Source of the DNA: Felis catus
Lineage: Eukaryota
Direction: 5' to 3'
Assembly: GCF_018350175.1 (NCBI RefSeq)
Contig: NC_058368.1
Location: 58,964,001 to 59,028,000, forward strand
DNA: 64,000 nucleotides
Below are positions 36,744 through 48,811 of this stretch, piece by piece. The notes below the pieces were generated by a model that was not told the origin of the DNA, ran no database searches, and saw only the letters and a list, made by a program, of their open reading frames with translations. A program made the position numbers and the translations under genes. The stretch's first letter is position 1. Each line of letters opens with the position of its first letter.

Positions 36744-37774
36744 AGACAATGCTTATGGTTTTAGGGAATGAGGGATGACTCAAAAAACATTAAAGCTTTT
36801 ATATCTGCTTAGTTCTGCAGTAACTCATTTCCAGTTGACCCATTATTTGCTTTTCAAATATCCCTTAACTTTCCTTTTTTCTTTATAAAATGAGACTTTC
36901 TTGAGGTATTCACTCTTCTCTCGCCTGATTAGGGGGGAAATTATAGTATCTCCCTTTTCCAGAATATATATGGATTATTCCAAGAAAATTACTACATGGT
37001 TTACCTTCGTAAATCCAGGAGTTAAAGTGTGCGTGATTTATTACTGTCAGCCTAACTGAACAGATTTTCCATCTATATCAGTTACTGTTCTAAGATGCTG
37101 TCTGATTTAATCAGAATAATTCATCAAAGACTATTAGTTATCTCATAGACTTTTCAGGAACATTTGATGGTATGAAATCAGGTTTAGAAACATTGTAGCC
37201 AATGTTATACTTTGTTAACCCACATTATACTTCCAAAAAGCCGGTGTCAAGAACCTGACACCAAGGTGACTTGGTAAGAAGCCTACACTCACCATTGCAG
37301 GGTCTTGGTATGCAGATTGATTTTAGAATCTCTCCCACTACAGTGTCTGAAACGTAAATGTCTCTCAATATGACTTCTGAATAACTTCTGCTGGGCACAT
37401 GACTTCTTGTCATCACAATCTTCCAAATCGATGAGCATAATGGTGTTTTTTTAATCTATGGAGCCCTGGTTGAATGCCTGCTGTTAAGGATGGCAAAGTG
37501 GGGAGAAGGGCCCAAACCTTGTAATATTGAAATCCTAAACTTAACAGTGCATGGATTTGCCCTTGTCACTTGTATTGAGACACATATGCCCTAGTTGAGG
37601 CCTGGTTCTCCTTTTAGACTTTCAATTCAGTAAGATAATACATTTCATTTCCATTAAAGCCAATTGAATTAGAATTCATATTGCTTGCCCAAAATGTTAC
37701 CCTGGCTAATAAAAGCTTGGAAGTATATATAACAGGGCAAAAATGGCTCTTTCCAAAAAGCAACATAAAGCCCA

Positions 37775-37875
37775 GCATAATCAACTTGTGTGAGGTAGTC
37801 TTTTCCATTTTTTACAAGAAGGAACTGAGTTTTGAAGTTGGCGATTTGTTTTAATCATAACATGTAGTAATTACA
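37775..37875 (-). mobile_element. MIR core remnant
   Basis: TGAGGTAG...CCATTTTTTACAAGAAGGAACTGAG resembles the reverse MIR core. Confidence 0.45.
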
Positions 37876-39334
37876 GTGTAGTTTTCTCTGGTTCCAAACT
37901 ATGCTTGCTCTTTTTCTCCTAATGTTCTCAATAATGATAGTTAGCATGAAACTGAAAAACTTTAATATTTTTGTTTTTTGACAGCTGAGTCTATCATGGC
38001 CAAGCCCTGGTGACTAATAACTCTTTTTTGTATTGTCTCATTACGATGTGTACATTTCATTCCCTATTTCATCTAAAGCTCTAGGTTCTGACACTATTTT
38101 TAAAGTATTTTAGATTCTGCATGTTTAGTTCTGCTTGTAACACCCAACATACTTTATTGAAGTAATTAAACATGTATAGCCTAACTGTGTTTTACAGTTA
38201 AGGAAATTGTTTATGAGGTCAAATGTACTGATAAATATTTCCTGAAGTACTTTAGGACTTAGAACACTTAGAACACTTAGAAGCTGAATATTTTTTTCAT
38301 TTTACAATATACTTGAAGGTAACAGTTACTTTACAATGCCTTGTCCTGGCATATCTATATATATATATATATATTCTTTTTTAATTTTCATCTTATTTCT
38401 TGGGTAATATATATGACTCTTCTCGGTATGTGGCCTAAAAAGAAAACGTGTGTCATTTTTAATTGTGCTTGTGATGCTCAGAAGTCACCAGATTCCTAAA
38501 ATTTTCTCTTTCATTCATATGTATTAATTTGTAACTTGATTGCACAATACTATATATTATAAAAGATATCAGATGATGCAGTGGGCATCATTGCAAGGAC
38601 AACACATTTCTACATAACTTAAGCTCCTTTACTCTATGTGCATTCCAAAGAATGTTGAAACTGTATATGTATTTATTTCTTACCATGATCATTGAACTTA
38701 ATATTTATTAGAACAGTATGGTTCACTGTCAGTCTATACTGATATTTCATATTATCTCATTTATCATCTCAGTTTCCTTATACACAATGACACATAGCTG
38801 TTCAGATCAGATGATGGTAATAATTTTATTCATACAATTGGATGGAAAAAAGTATAATATAAAGGGAATATAATTTAGATATGAGAGCTTTATTAAATAA
38901 TATGTACACAGAAGAAAATGAACTATAATGTAACTACAGTATGTAGTTCAAAACTTCCTACCTTCAATTAATCAAATATAGAACTCATGAATTATCTTCA
39001 TTTGTGTGAATATTACTAATGTGATTTTTATTATTATTTAGAGATGTGATACAGAACCAATCTAGGTGTAAAGGTTTTTATATTTATTTATGCTTATAAA
39101 TATTTGGCTCAGGTCTCAGTAGCTATCTCAAGTCTGACTTCCTGTCAATTGTCTTGACAATGTGCATGCTTCAATTACCTATGAACTGTATAACTGCTAA
39201 TTTTGCATTTACCCAATCCAAAAAGATATCAGCAGTAATGAATGAATATTTGAAGGAATAATTTGCTTTTTTCATCAAATTAGTTTTCCAGTGTTAATGT
39301 CACACATATCAAGTCCTACACACCATATCTTTTT

Positions 39335-40372
39335 TTAATATGAAATTTATTGTCAAATTGGTTTCCATACAACACCCAGTGCTCATCCCAACAGGTGCCC
39401 TCCTCAATACCCATCACCCACCCACCTCTCCCTCCCACCCCCCATCAACCCTCAGATTGTTCTCAGTTTTTAAGAGTCTTTTATGGTTTGGCTCCCTCCC
39501 TCTCTGACTTTTTTTTTCTTCCCCTCCCCTATGGTCTTCTGTTAAGTTTCTCAAGATCCACATAAGAGTGAAAACATATGGTATCTGTCTTTCTCTGTAT
39601 GACTTATTTCACTTAGCATAACACTCTCCAGTTCCATCCACGTTGCTACAAAAGGCCATATTTCATTCTTTCTCATTGCCACGTAGTATTCCATTGTGTA
39701 TATAAACCACAATTTCTTTATCCATTCATCAGTTGATGGACATTTAGGCTCTTTCCATAATTTGGCTATTGTTGAGAGTGCTGCTATAAACATTGGGGTA
39801 CAGGTGCCCCTATACATCAGCACTCCTGTATCCATTGGGTAAATTCCTAGCAGTTTATTGCTGGGTCATAAGGTAGATCTATTTTTAATTTTTTGAGGAA
39901 CCTCCACACTGTCTCCCAGAGCAGCTGTACCCATTTGCATTCCCACCAACAGTGCAAGAGGGTTCCCGTTTCTCCACATCCTCTCCAGCATCTATAGCCT
40001 CCTTTCATTTTAGCCTTCATTATAGCCACTCTGACTGGCATGAGCTGGTATCTCAGTGTGGTTTTGATTTGTATTTCCCTGGTGAGGAGCAATATTGAGC
40101 ATCTTTTCATGTGTCTTTTGGCCATCTGGATGTCTTCTTTAGAGAAGTGTCTATTCATGTTTTCTGCCCATTTCTTCACTGGATTATTTGTTTTTAGGTT
40201 GTGGAGTTTGGTGAGTTCTTTATAGATTTTGGATACTAGCCCTTTGTCCGATATGTCATTTGCAAATATCTTTTCCCATTCCGTTGGTTGCCTTTTAGTT
40301 TTGTTGGTTGGTTCCTTTGCAGTGCAGAAGCTTTTTATCTTCATGAGGTCCCAATAGTTCATTTTTGCTTTT
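39335..40372 (-). mobile_element. Felid-type L1, non-inverted 3' part of a twin-primed insertion
   Basis: Same 3' UTR as the 27318 element; ORF2 peptides [16 protein letters not shown]...HMFSLLCGS; left TSD ACCATATCT at 39322. Confidence 0.96.
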
Positions 40373-41559
40373 CCTGTCAATCGATGCAGAAAAAGCATTT
40401 GACAAAATTCAGCATTCTTTTTTAATAAAAACCGTCGAGAAAGTCAGGATAGAAGGAACATACTTAAATATCATAAATGCCATTTATGAAAACCCACAGC
40501 TAATATCATCCTCAATGGGGAAAAACTGAGAGCCTTTCCCCTGAGATCAGGAACACGACAGGGATGTCCACTCTCACCTCTCTTGTTTAACATAGTGTTG
40601 GAAGTTCTAGCATCAACAATCAGACAACAAAAGGAAATCAAAGGCATCAAAATTGGCAAAGATGAAATGAAGCTTTCACTTTTTGCAGATGACATGATAT
40701 TATACATGGAAAACCTGATAGACTCCACCAAAAGTCTGCTAGAACTGATAAATGAATTCAGCAAAGTCGCAGGATACAAAAATCAATGTACAGATATCAG
40801 TTGCATTTTTATACACAAATAATGAAGCAACAGAAAGACAAATAAAGAAACTGATCCCATTCACAATTGCACCAAGAATGATAAAATACCTAGGAATAAA
40901 CCTAACCAAAGATGTAAAAGATCTGTATGCTGAAAACTATAGAAACTTTATGAAGGAAATTGAAGAAGGCACAAAGAAATGGAAAAACATTCCATGCTCA
41001 TGGATTGGAAGAATAAATGTTGTTAAAAAATCAATACTACCCAAAGCAATTTACATATTCAATGCAATCCCAATCAAAATTGCACCAGCATTCTTCTTGA
41101 AGCTAGAACAAGCAATCCTAAGATTTGTATGGAACCACAAAAGACCCCGAATAGTAAAAGTAATTGAAGAAGAAGACCAAAGCAGGAGGCAATCCCACAC
41201 TTTAGCCTCTACTACAAAGCTGTAATCATCAAGACAGCATGGTATTGGCACAAAAACAGACACATAGACCAATGGAATAAAATAGAGACTCCAGAATTGG
41301 ACCCACAAATGTATGAGCAACTAATCTTTGAGAAAGCAGGAAAGACTATCCAATGGAACAAAGGTAGTCTCTTTAACAAATGGTGCTGGGAGAACTGGAC
41401 AGCAACATGCAGAAGAATGAAACTAGACCACTTTCTTACACGATTCACAAAAATAAACTCCAAATGGATAAAGGACCTGAATGTGAGACAGGAAACTATC
41501 AAAACTGTAGAGGAGAAAGCAGGATAAAACATCTCTGACCTCAGCCATAGCAATTTCTT
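40373..41559 (+). mobile_element. Inverted 5' part of the same twin-primed L1 (RT region); continues at 48779-48811
   Basis: Abrupt strand switch at 40373; LFADDM and [11 protein letters not shown] on the + strand. Confidence 0.95.
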
Positions 41560-41817
41560 TCTTTTTTTTTATAATTTAACTTTATTTTTTATTTTTTAAA
41601 TTTTATATCCAAGTTAGTATATAGTGAAGCAATGATTTCAGGAGTAGATTCCTTAATGCCCCTTACCCATTTAGCTCATCCCCCCCTCCCACAACCCCTC
41701 CAGCAACCCTCAGTTTGTTCTCCATATTTATGAGTCTCTTTTGTTTTGTCCCCCTCCCTGTTTTTATATTATTTTTGTTTCCCTTCCTTTATGTTCATCT
41801 GTTTTGTCTCTTAGTCC

Positions 41818-44800
41818 TCATATGAGTGAAGTCATACGATTTTTGTCTTTCTCTGACTGACTAATGTCACTTAGCATAATACCCTCCAGTTCCATCCACG
41901 TAGTTGCAAATGGCAAGATTTCATTCTTTTTGATTGCCGAGTAATACCCCATTGTATATCTATACCACATCTTCTTTATCCATTCATCCATCGATGGACA
42001 TTTGGGCTCTTTCCATACTTTGGCTATTGTTGATAGTGTTGCTATAAACATGGGGGTGCCTGTGTCCCTTCAAAACAACACACCTGTATCCCATGGATTA
42101 ATGCCTAGTAGTGCAATTACTGGCTCCTAGGGTAGTTCTATTTTTAGTTTTTTGAGATATCTCCATACTGTTTTCCAGAGTGGCTGCACCAGCTTGCATT
42201 GCCACCAACAATGCAAAAGAGATCCTCTTTCTCCACATCCTCACCAACATCTATTGTTGCCTGAGTTGTTAATGTTAGCCATTCTGACAGGTGTAAGGTG
42301 GTATCTCATTGTGGTTTTGATTATTATTTCCCTAATGATGAGTGAAGTCGAGCAGTTTTTCATGTGTTGGTTGGCCATCTGGAAGTCTTCTTTGGAGAAG
42401 TGTCTATTCATGTCTTTTGCTCATTTCTTCACTGGATTATTTGTTTTTCAGGTGTTGAGTTTGATAAGTTCTTTGTAAATTTTGGATACTAACCCTTTAT
42501 CTGATATGTCATTTGCAAATATCTTCTCCCTTTCCATTGGTTGCCTTTTAGTTTTGCTTATTGTTTCCTTGGCTGTGCAGAAGCTTTTTATTTTGATGAG
42601 GTCTGAGTAGTTCATTTTTGCTTTTGTTTCCCTTGCCTCCGGAGACGTGTTGAGTAAGAAATTGCTGCATTCAAGATCAAAGAGGTTTTTTGCCTGCTTT
42701 CTCCTTGAGGATTTTGATGGCTTCCTGTCTTACATGGAGGTCTTTCATCCACCTTGAGTTTATTTTTGTGTATGGTGTAAGAAAGTGGTCCAGGTTCATT
42801 CTTCTGCATGTAGCTGTCCAGGTTTCCCAGCACCACTTGCTGAAGAGACTCTTTATTTTATTGGATGTTCTTTCCTGCTTTGTCAAAGATTAGTTGACCA
42901 TACATTTTGGGGTCCATTTCTGGGTTCGCTACTCAGTTCCATTGATCTGATTGTTCTTTGGCCAGTACCATAGTGTCTTGATGATTACAGCTTTGTAGTA
43001 TAGCTTGAAGGCCGGGATTGTGATGCCTCCTGCTTTGGTTTTCTTTTTCAAGATTGCTTTGGCTATGTGGTGTATTTTCTGGTTCCATACAGATTTTAGG
43101 ACTATTTGTTCTAGCTTTGTGAAGAATGCTGGTGTTACTATGATAGAGATTGCGTTGAATATGTAGATTGATTTGGGTAGTATCAACATTTTAACAATAT
43201 TTCTTCCTATCCAGGAACATGGAATCATTTTCCATTGTTTTGTGTCTTCTTCAATTTCTTTCATCAGCTTTCTATAGTTTTCAGTGTCTAGATTTTTCAC
43301 CTCTTTGGTTAGATTTATTCCTAGGTATTTTAAGGTGTTTGGTGCAACTGTAAATGTCATAAATTCCTTGATTTATCTTTCTGTTGCTTCATTGTTGGTA
43401 TATAGGAATGGAACCAATTTCTGTGCGTTGATTTTATATCCTGAAAATTTACTGAATTCATGAATCAATTCTAGCAGGTTTTGGGGGGAATTTTTAGGGT
43501 TTTCCATATAGAGTATCATGTCATTTGTGAAGAGTTAAAGTTTGACCTCCTCCTGGCCGATATGGATGCCTTTTATTTCTTTGTGTTGTCTGATTGCAGA
43601 GGCTAAGACTCTCAATACTATGTTGAATAACAGTGGCAACAGTGGACATCCCTGTCTTGTTCCTGACCTTAGGGGGAAAGCTCTCAGTTTTTCCCCATTG
43701 AGGATGATATTAGCATAGGGTCACTCGTATATGGCTTTTATCATCTCAAGGTATGATCCTTCTTTCCCTACTTTTTTGAGGGTTTTTATCAAGAAAGCAT
43801 GCTCTATTTTGTCAAATGCTTTCTCTGCATCTATTGAGAGGATCATATGGTTCTTGTCCTTTCTTTTATTGTTGTGATGAATCCTGTTAATTGTTTTGTG
43901 GATATGAAACCAGCCCTGCATCCCAGGTATAAATCCCACTTGGTCATGGTGAATACTTTTTTTAATGTATTGCTGGATCCGGTTGGCTAATATCTTGTTG
44001 GGGATTTTTGCATCCATGTTCATCAGGGAAATTGGTCTATAGTTCTCCTTTTTAGTTGGGTCTCTGTCTGGTTTTGGAATCAGGGTAATGCTGGCTTCAT
44101 AGAAAGAGTTTGGAAGTTTTGCTTCCATTTCTATTTTTTGGAACAGTTTCAAGAGAATAGGTGTTAACTCTTCCTTAAATGTTTGGTAGAATTCCCCTGG
44201 AAAGCCATCTGGCCCTGGACTCTTGTTTTTTGGCAGGTTTTTGATTACTAATTCGATTTCCTTCCTGGTTATGGGTCTGTTCAAATTTTCTATTTCTTCC
44301 TGTTTCAGTTTTGGTAGTGTATATGTTTCTAGGAATTTGTCCTTTTCTTCCAGATTGCCCATTTTATTGGTATATAATTGCTCATAATATTCTCTTGTTA
44401 TTGTTTTTATTTCTGCTGTGTTGGTTGTGATTTCTCCTGTTTCATTCTTGATTTTACTTATTTGGGTCCTTTCCTTTTTCTTTTTGATCAAACTTGCTAA
44501 TGATTTATCAATTTTGTTAATTCTTTCAAAGAACCAGCTTCTGGTTTCATTGATCTGTTCTACTGTTTTTTGTTTTTTGTTTTTTTTTTTTTTTTGGTTT
44601 CGATAGCATTAATTTCTGCTCTAATCTTTATTATTTCCTGTCTTCTGCTGGTTTGGGGTTTTATTTGCTGTTCTTTCTCTAGCTCCTTAAGATGTAAGGT
44701 TAGGTTGTGTATCTGAGATCTTTCTTCCTTCTTTAGGAAGGCCTGGATTGCTATATACTTTCTTCTTATGACCGCCTTCGCTGCATTCCAGAGGTTTTGT

Positions 44801-45657
44801 GTTGTGGTGCTATCATTTCCATTGACTTCCATATACTTTTTAATTTCTTCTTTAACTGCTTGGTTAACCCATTCATTATTTAGTAGGATGTTCTTCAGTC
44901 TCCAAGTATTTGTTACCTTTCCAAATTTTTTCTTGTGGTTGCTTTTTAAGTTTCATAGGATTGTGGTCTGAAAATATGCACGCTACAATCTCGATCTTTT
45001 TGTACTTACTTAGGGCTGTTTTGTGTCCCAGTATATGGTCTATTCTGGAGAATGTTCCATGTGCACTGGAGAAGAATGTATATTCTGCTGGTTTAGGATG
45101 AAATATTCTGCGTATATCTGTTAAGTCCATCTGGTCCAGTGTGTCATTCAAAGCCATTGTTTCCTTGTTGATTTTTTTGAGTAGATGATCTGTCCATTGC
45201 TGTGAGTGGAATGTTGAAGTCTCCTATTATGGTATAATTATCGATGAGTTTATGTTTGTGATTAATTGATTTATATATTTGGGTGCTTTCACATTTGGTG
45301 CATAAATGTTTGCAATTGTTAGGTCTTTTTGGTCTATAGACCCCTCGATTATGATATTATGCCCTTCTGCATCTCTTGATACAGTGTTTATTTTAAAGTC
45401 TAGATTGTCTGATATAAGTATGGCTACTCTGGCTTTCTTTTGTTGACCATTAGTATGATAGATGGTTCTCCATCCCCTTATTTTCAATTTGTAGGTGTCT
45501 TTAGGAGGTGTCTTTAGGTCTAAAGTGGGTCTCTTGTAAACAGCATATAGATGGGTCTTGTTTTCTTATCCATTCTGTTTACCCTATGTCTTTTGATTGG
45601 AGCATTGAGTCCATTGATGTTTAGAGTGAATACTGAAAGATATAAATTTATTACCAT
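41818..45657 (-). pseudogene. L1 ORF2p, frameshifted
   Basis: Fragments [39 protein letters not shown]. Confidence 0.92.
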
Positions 45658-45768
45658 TATGATGCTTGTAGAGTTGGAGTTTCTGGTGGTGTTCTCTGGT
45701 CCTTTCTAATCTTTTGTTGCTTTTGGTATTTATTTATTTATATGTATATATTTTCATCTTTTCACCCC

Positions 45769-46643
45769 TCAGAGTGTCCCCCTTAAAATTTCTTGCAGGG
45801 CTGGTTTAGTGCTCACAAACTCCTTTAATTTTTGTTTGGGAAACTTTTATCTCCCCTTGTATTTTGAATGACAGCCTTGCTGGATAAATAATTCTTGGCT
45901 TCATATTTTTCTGATGTAGTACACTGAATATATTCTGCCACTCCTTTCTGGCCTGCCAAGTTCCTGTGGATAGGTCTGCTGCAAACCTGATCTGTCTTCC
46001 CTTGTAGGTTAGGGACTTTTTTTCCCTTGCTGCTTTCATGATTCTCTCCTTGCCTGATTATTTTGTGAAGTTGACTATGATATGCCTTGTTGATGGTCAG
46101 GTTTTTTTTTTAATCTAATGGGAGTCCTCTGTGCTTCCTGGATTTTGATGTCTGTTTCTTTCCCCAGGTTAGGAAAGTTTTCTGCTATGATTTGCTCACA
46201 TAACTCTTCTACCCCTATTTCTCTCTCTTCCTCCTCCGTGACCCCTATGATTCTGATGTTGTTCCTTTTTAATGAGTCACTGGTTTCTCTAATTCTTAAA
46301 TCGTGCTCTTTTGCCTTAATCTCCCTCTTTTCTTCTGCTTCATTATTCTCTATAAGTTTGTCCTGTGTATCGCTGATTCTGTGTTCTGCCTCATCCATCC
46401 TTGCGGCCACTGCATCCATCCGTGATTTCAGCTCAGTTATAGCATTTTTAATTTCATTCTGTTTTTTACTTCTTTTATCTCTGCAGAAAGGGATTCTAAT
46501 CTATTTTCGACTCCAGCTAGTATTCTTATTACCGTGATTGTAAATTCTGGTTCAGACATCTTGCTTGTATCTGTGTTGGTTAAATCCCTGGCTGTCATTT
46601 CTTTGTGCTCTTTCTTTTGGGGTGAATTCCTTTGTTTTGTCAT
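45769..46643 (-). pseudogene. L1 ORF1p, frameshifted
   Basis: MTKQRNSPQKKE, RNNIRIIGV, LTYKGRQIRFAADLS fragments. Confidence 0.92.
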
Positions 46644-46854
46644 TTTGAAGGGAGAAAAGGAATTAATGAGGTAGAAAAATTGAAATTAAAAAAATTAAAA
46701 ATTAAAAAATATTAAAATTAAAAATTAAAAACACACACACTAAAATCGAATAGATGATGCTAGATCCTAGGTGTGTTTTGGTCTGGGTGTAGAAAATGGT
46801 TTGACAGATTAGAAAAACAAACAAAAAAAAAAGGCGGGGGGAGAGAAAAATAAG

Positions 46855-47505
46855 GAAATCGTTTGAGAATTTGAAAAAATGAATACACTAAAGTAGACTA
46901 AAAGACACAAAACTAGAGAATATAGGTGAAAAAAATAGAAAAATATTTTTAGTAAAAATTAAAAAGAAATATGAATTTTTTCATTTTCTGTATTTAAGAA
47001 AAAGTTAAGAAATGAAAAATAGAAAAAAGATTTAAAAAAAGAGAAAAGACAAAAAAACAAATTGTTTGAGAATTTGAAAAAGTTAATACACTGTAGTAGA
47101 CTGAAATAAAATGATGGGAGTAAGACAGAATTTGAAAAAAATTACATAAGAGCAAAAAATATAGTAATAAAAATTATATAAGAATATTTTTAAAAGAAAT
47201 TCAAAATAAAACTGAAGTTTTTCTCTTTCTGCATTCAAAAAAAGAAATGAAAAAGAGAAAAAAATGAAAGAAAAAAAGGAAATTGTTTGAAAGTTTGAAA
47301 AGGTGAGTACACTGAAGTAGACTAAAATTAAATGATGGAAGTAAAGTAGAATTTGAAAAAATTTACACAAAAGTAAAAAATATAGTAATAAAAATTAAAG
47401 ACAGATAGTTTTAATAAAAATTGAAAATAAAAATGAGTTTTTTCTCTTTCTTATTCAAGAAAAAGAATTGTAAAAAATAAAAAGGAAAAAAAGAGAAAAA
47501 AATTG
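46855..47505. repeat. Three ~205-225 bp AT-rich tandem units inside the L1 5' UTR
   Basis: GTTTGA..ATTTGAAAA.....TACACT..AGTAGACT recurs at ~46860, ~47063 and ~47285. Confidence 0.85.
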
Positions 47506-47664
47506 AATAGATGAACCTGCTAACAGATTGAAGTAGGACTGAAATTGCATCGTTTTCCCCTAGAGGTCTGTCCATGTAGCTCTTTATAGTCCATAAATTA
47601 AGCTGGCGGTTAGGTTTGTGTTCTTGAAGAGCGAGGTTGACCCAGTTGGGCAGGGCTCGGTGTA

Positions 47665-47754
47665 ACACTAGATGGCGCTGCTAGCCTACTGGGGTGGATT
47701 GTTGCAGTGCTCTTTGGTGCACATGCGCATTCGTGGGAGCGGTGAAAAATGGCG
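47665..47754 (+). promoter_or_regulatory. Cluster of CTCF-like, NRF1-like and YY1 motifs in the L1 5' UTR
   Basis: ACACTAGATGGCGCTG (47665), TGCACATGCGCA (47718), AAAAATGGCG (47745); motif matches only. Confidence 0.45.
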
Positions 47755-48778
47755 TCACCGATCCACCCAGTTTGTTCTCCCAAATCAGTGATCACACACC
47801 GGTCCTCCGTCTTCAGCTCTCGTACACTCCCCACTTTTCCACTCTCCGTGACCAGGCCCCAGGCAGTACCTCTCTCCCAAGTTTTGTCTCAGATGCGGCT
47901 GTTTTCCTCAGCCCCTTACTTCCAACAGACTGCAGCTTTGACCCACTCTGCCCCCTGCAGGAGTGTCTCATTGAACAATGGCCGAATGTCAACTGCACCC
48001 AGGAGTGCCCACTGGACCCTGCTGTTGCCCATGCCCAGAGACTGTGGCCAGGTGCCAGCCCACCCCCAAAAAAGATCGCGAGGCAGTGTAGCCTCAGCAT
48101 TTCAGGGACCATGGAAAATTGCAACACACATCTGGCACCAGGCTTCACCCTCAACAACCTTGCCCCAGCACCAGCGAATGTGGCTGCTTTCCGGGGTCTG
48201 CTGGGACCAGGTGGCTTCAACAGTCTCTACCAAATGTTCTTCCGGCAGCGGAAATGCTTTTCCCCGTGTGGCCTGAGAACCTCCCAGATCCCACTCTGCT
48301 CCTGGGGATTCACCCTTCCCAGCAGAGCATCGCCAGATATGGAGCTGCAGAGTTGTAGCCTCTGCGCTCCCCTTGTTTACAGTCTTAATAGAATTTAAAC
48401 CTTCTCCTTTCTCCTTTCTCCCTTTTTAGTTTAGTCCCTGCAGCTGTTTCTAATTTTCCACTTTCTCTCCAGCTGCTTTTGGGGAGGGGTGCTTTTCCCG
48501 TATGCTCCCCCCCTCCCCAGTCTCTGTCCTCTCTCTGCCCACAAAAGGGGTTCCCTACCTTTTGGGGCTTCTTGCTCCCCAAGTTCAGCTCTTCATGTTG
48601 TGTACCTGCTGAGTTCTGTGGTTCAGGTTGTGCAGATTGTTGTGTTAATCTTCTAATCAGTTTTCTAGGTGTGTAGGATGGTTTAGTGTTGGTCTGGCTG
48701 TATTTCATGGACGCGAGACACACAAAAAGCTTCCATGCTGTTCTGCCATCTTGTCTCCTCCCCCCGCAGCAATTTCTT

Positions 48779-48811
48779 ACGTGGCACATCCCCAAAGACA
48801 AGAGAATTAAA
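48779..48811 (+). mobile_element. Distal 33 bp of the inverted L1 segment
   Basis: ACGTGGCACATCCCCAAAGACAAGAGAATTAAA matches L1 32066-32098; followed by TSD ACCATATCT at 48812. Confidence 0.9.

Larger units (their letters stand above)
41560..48765 (-). mobile_element. Full-length (~7.2 kb) L1 of a second lineage nested inside the inverted L1
   Basis: T-tail at 41560; 5' end GGGGGGAGGAGACAAGATGGCAG; TSD AGCAATTTCTT at 41549-41559 and 48768-48778. Confidence 0.96.

Noticed and set aside
37250..37570. Possible MER5/MER91-type hAT remnants
   Set aside because: Too degenerate to support by eye
46855..47505. Regularly spaced repeats superficially like a CRISPR array
   Set aside because: Mammalian DNA; whole units are homologous, with no unique spacers and no cas genes
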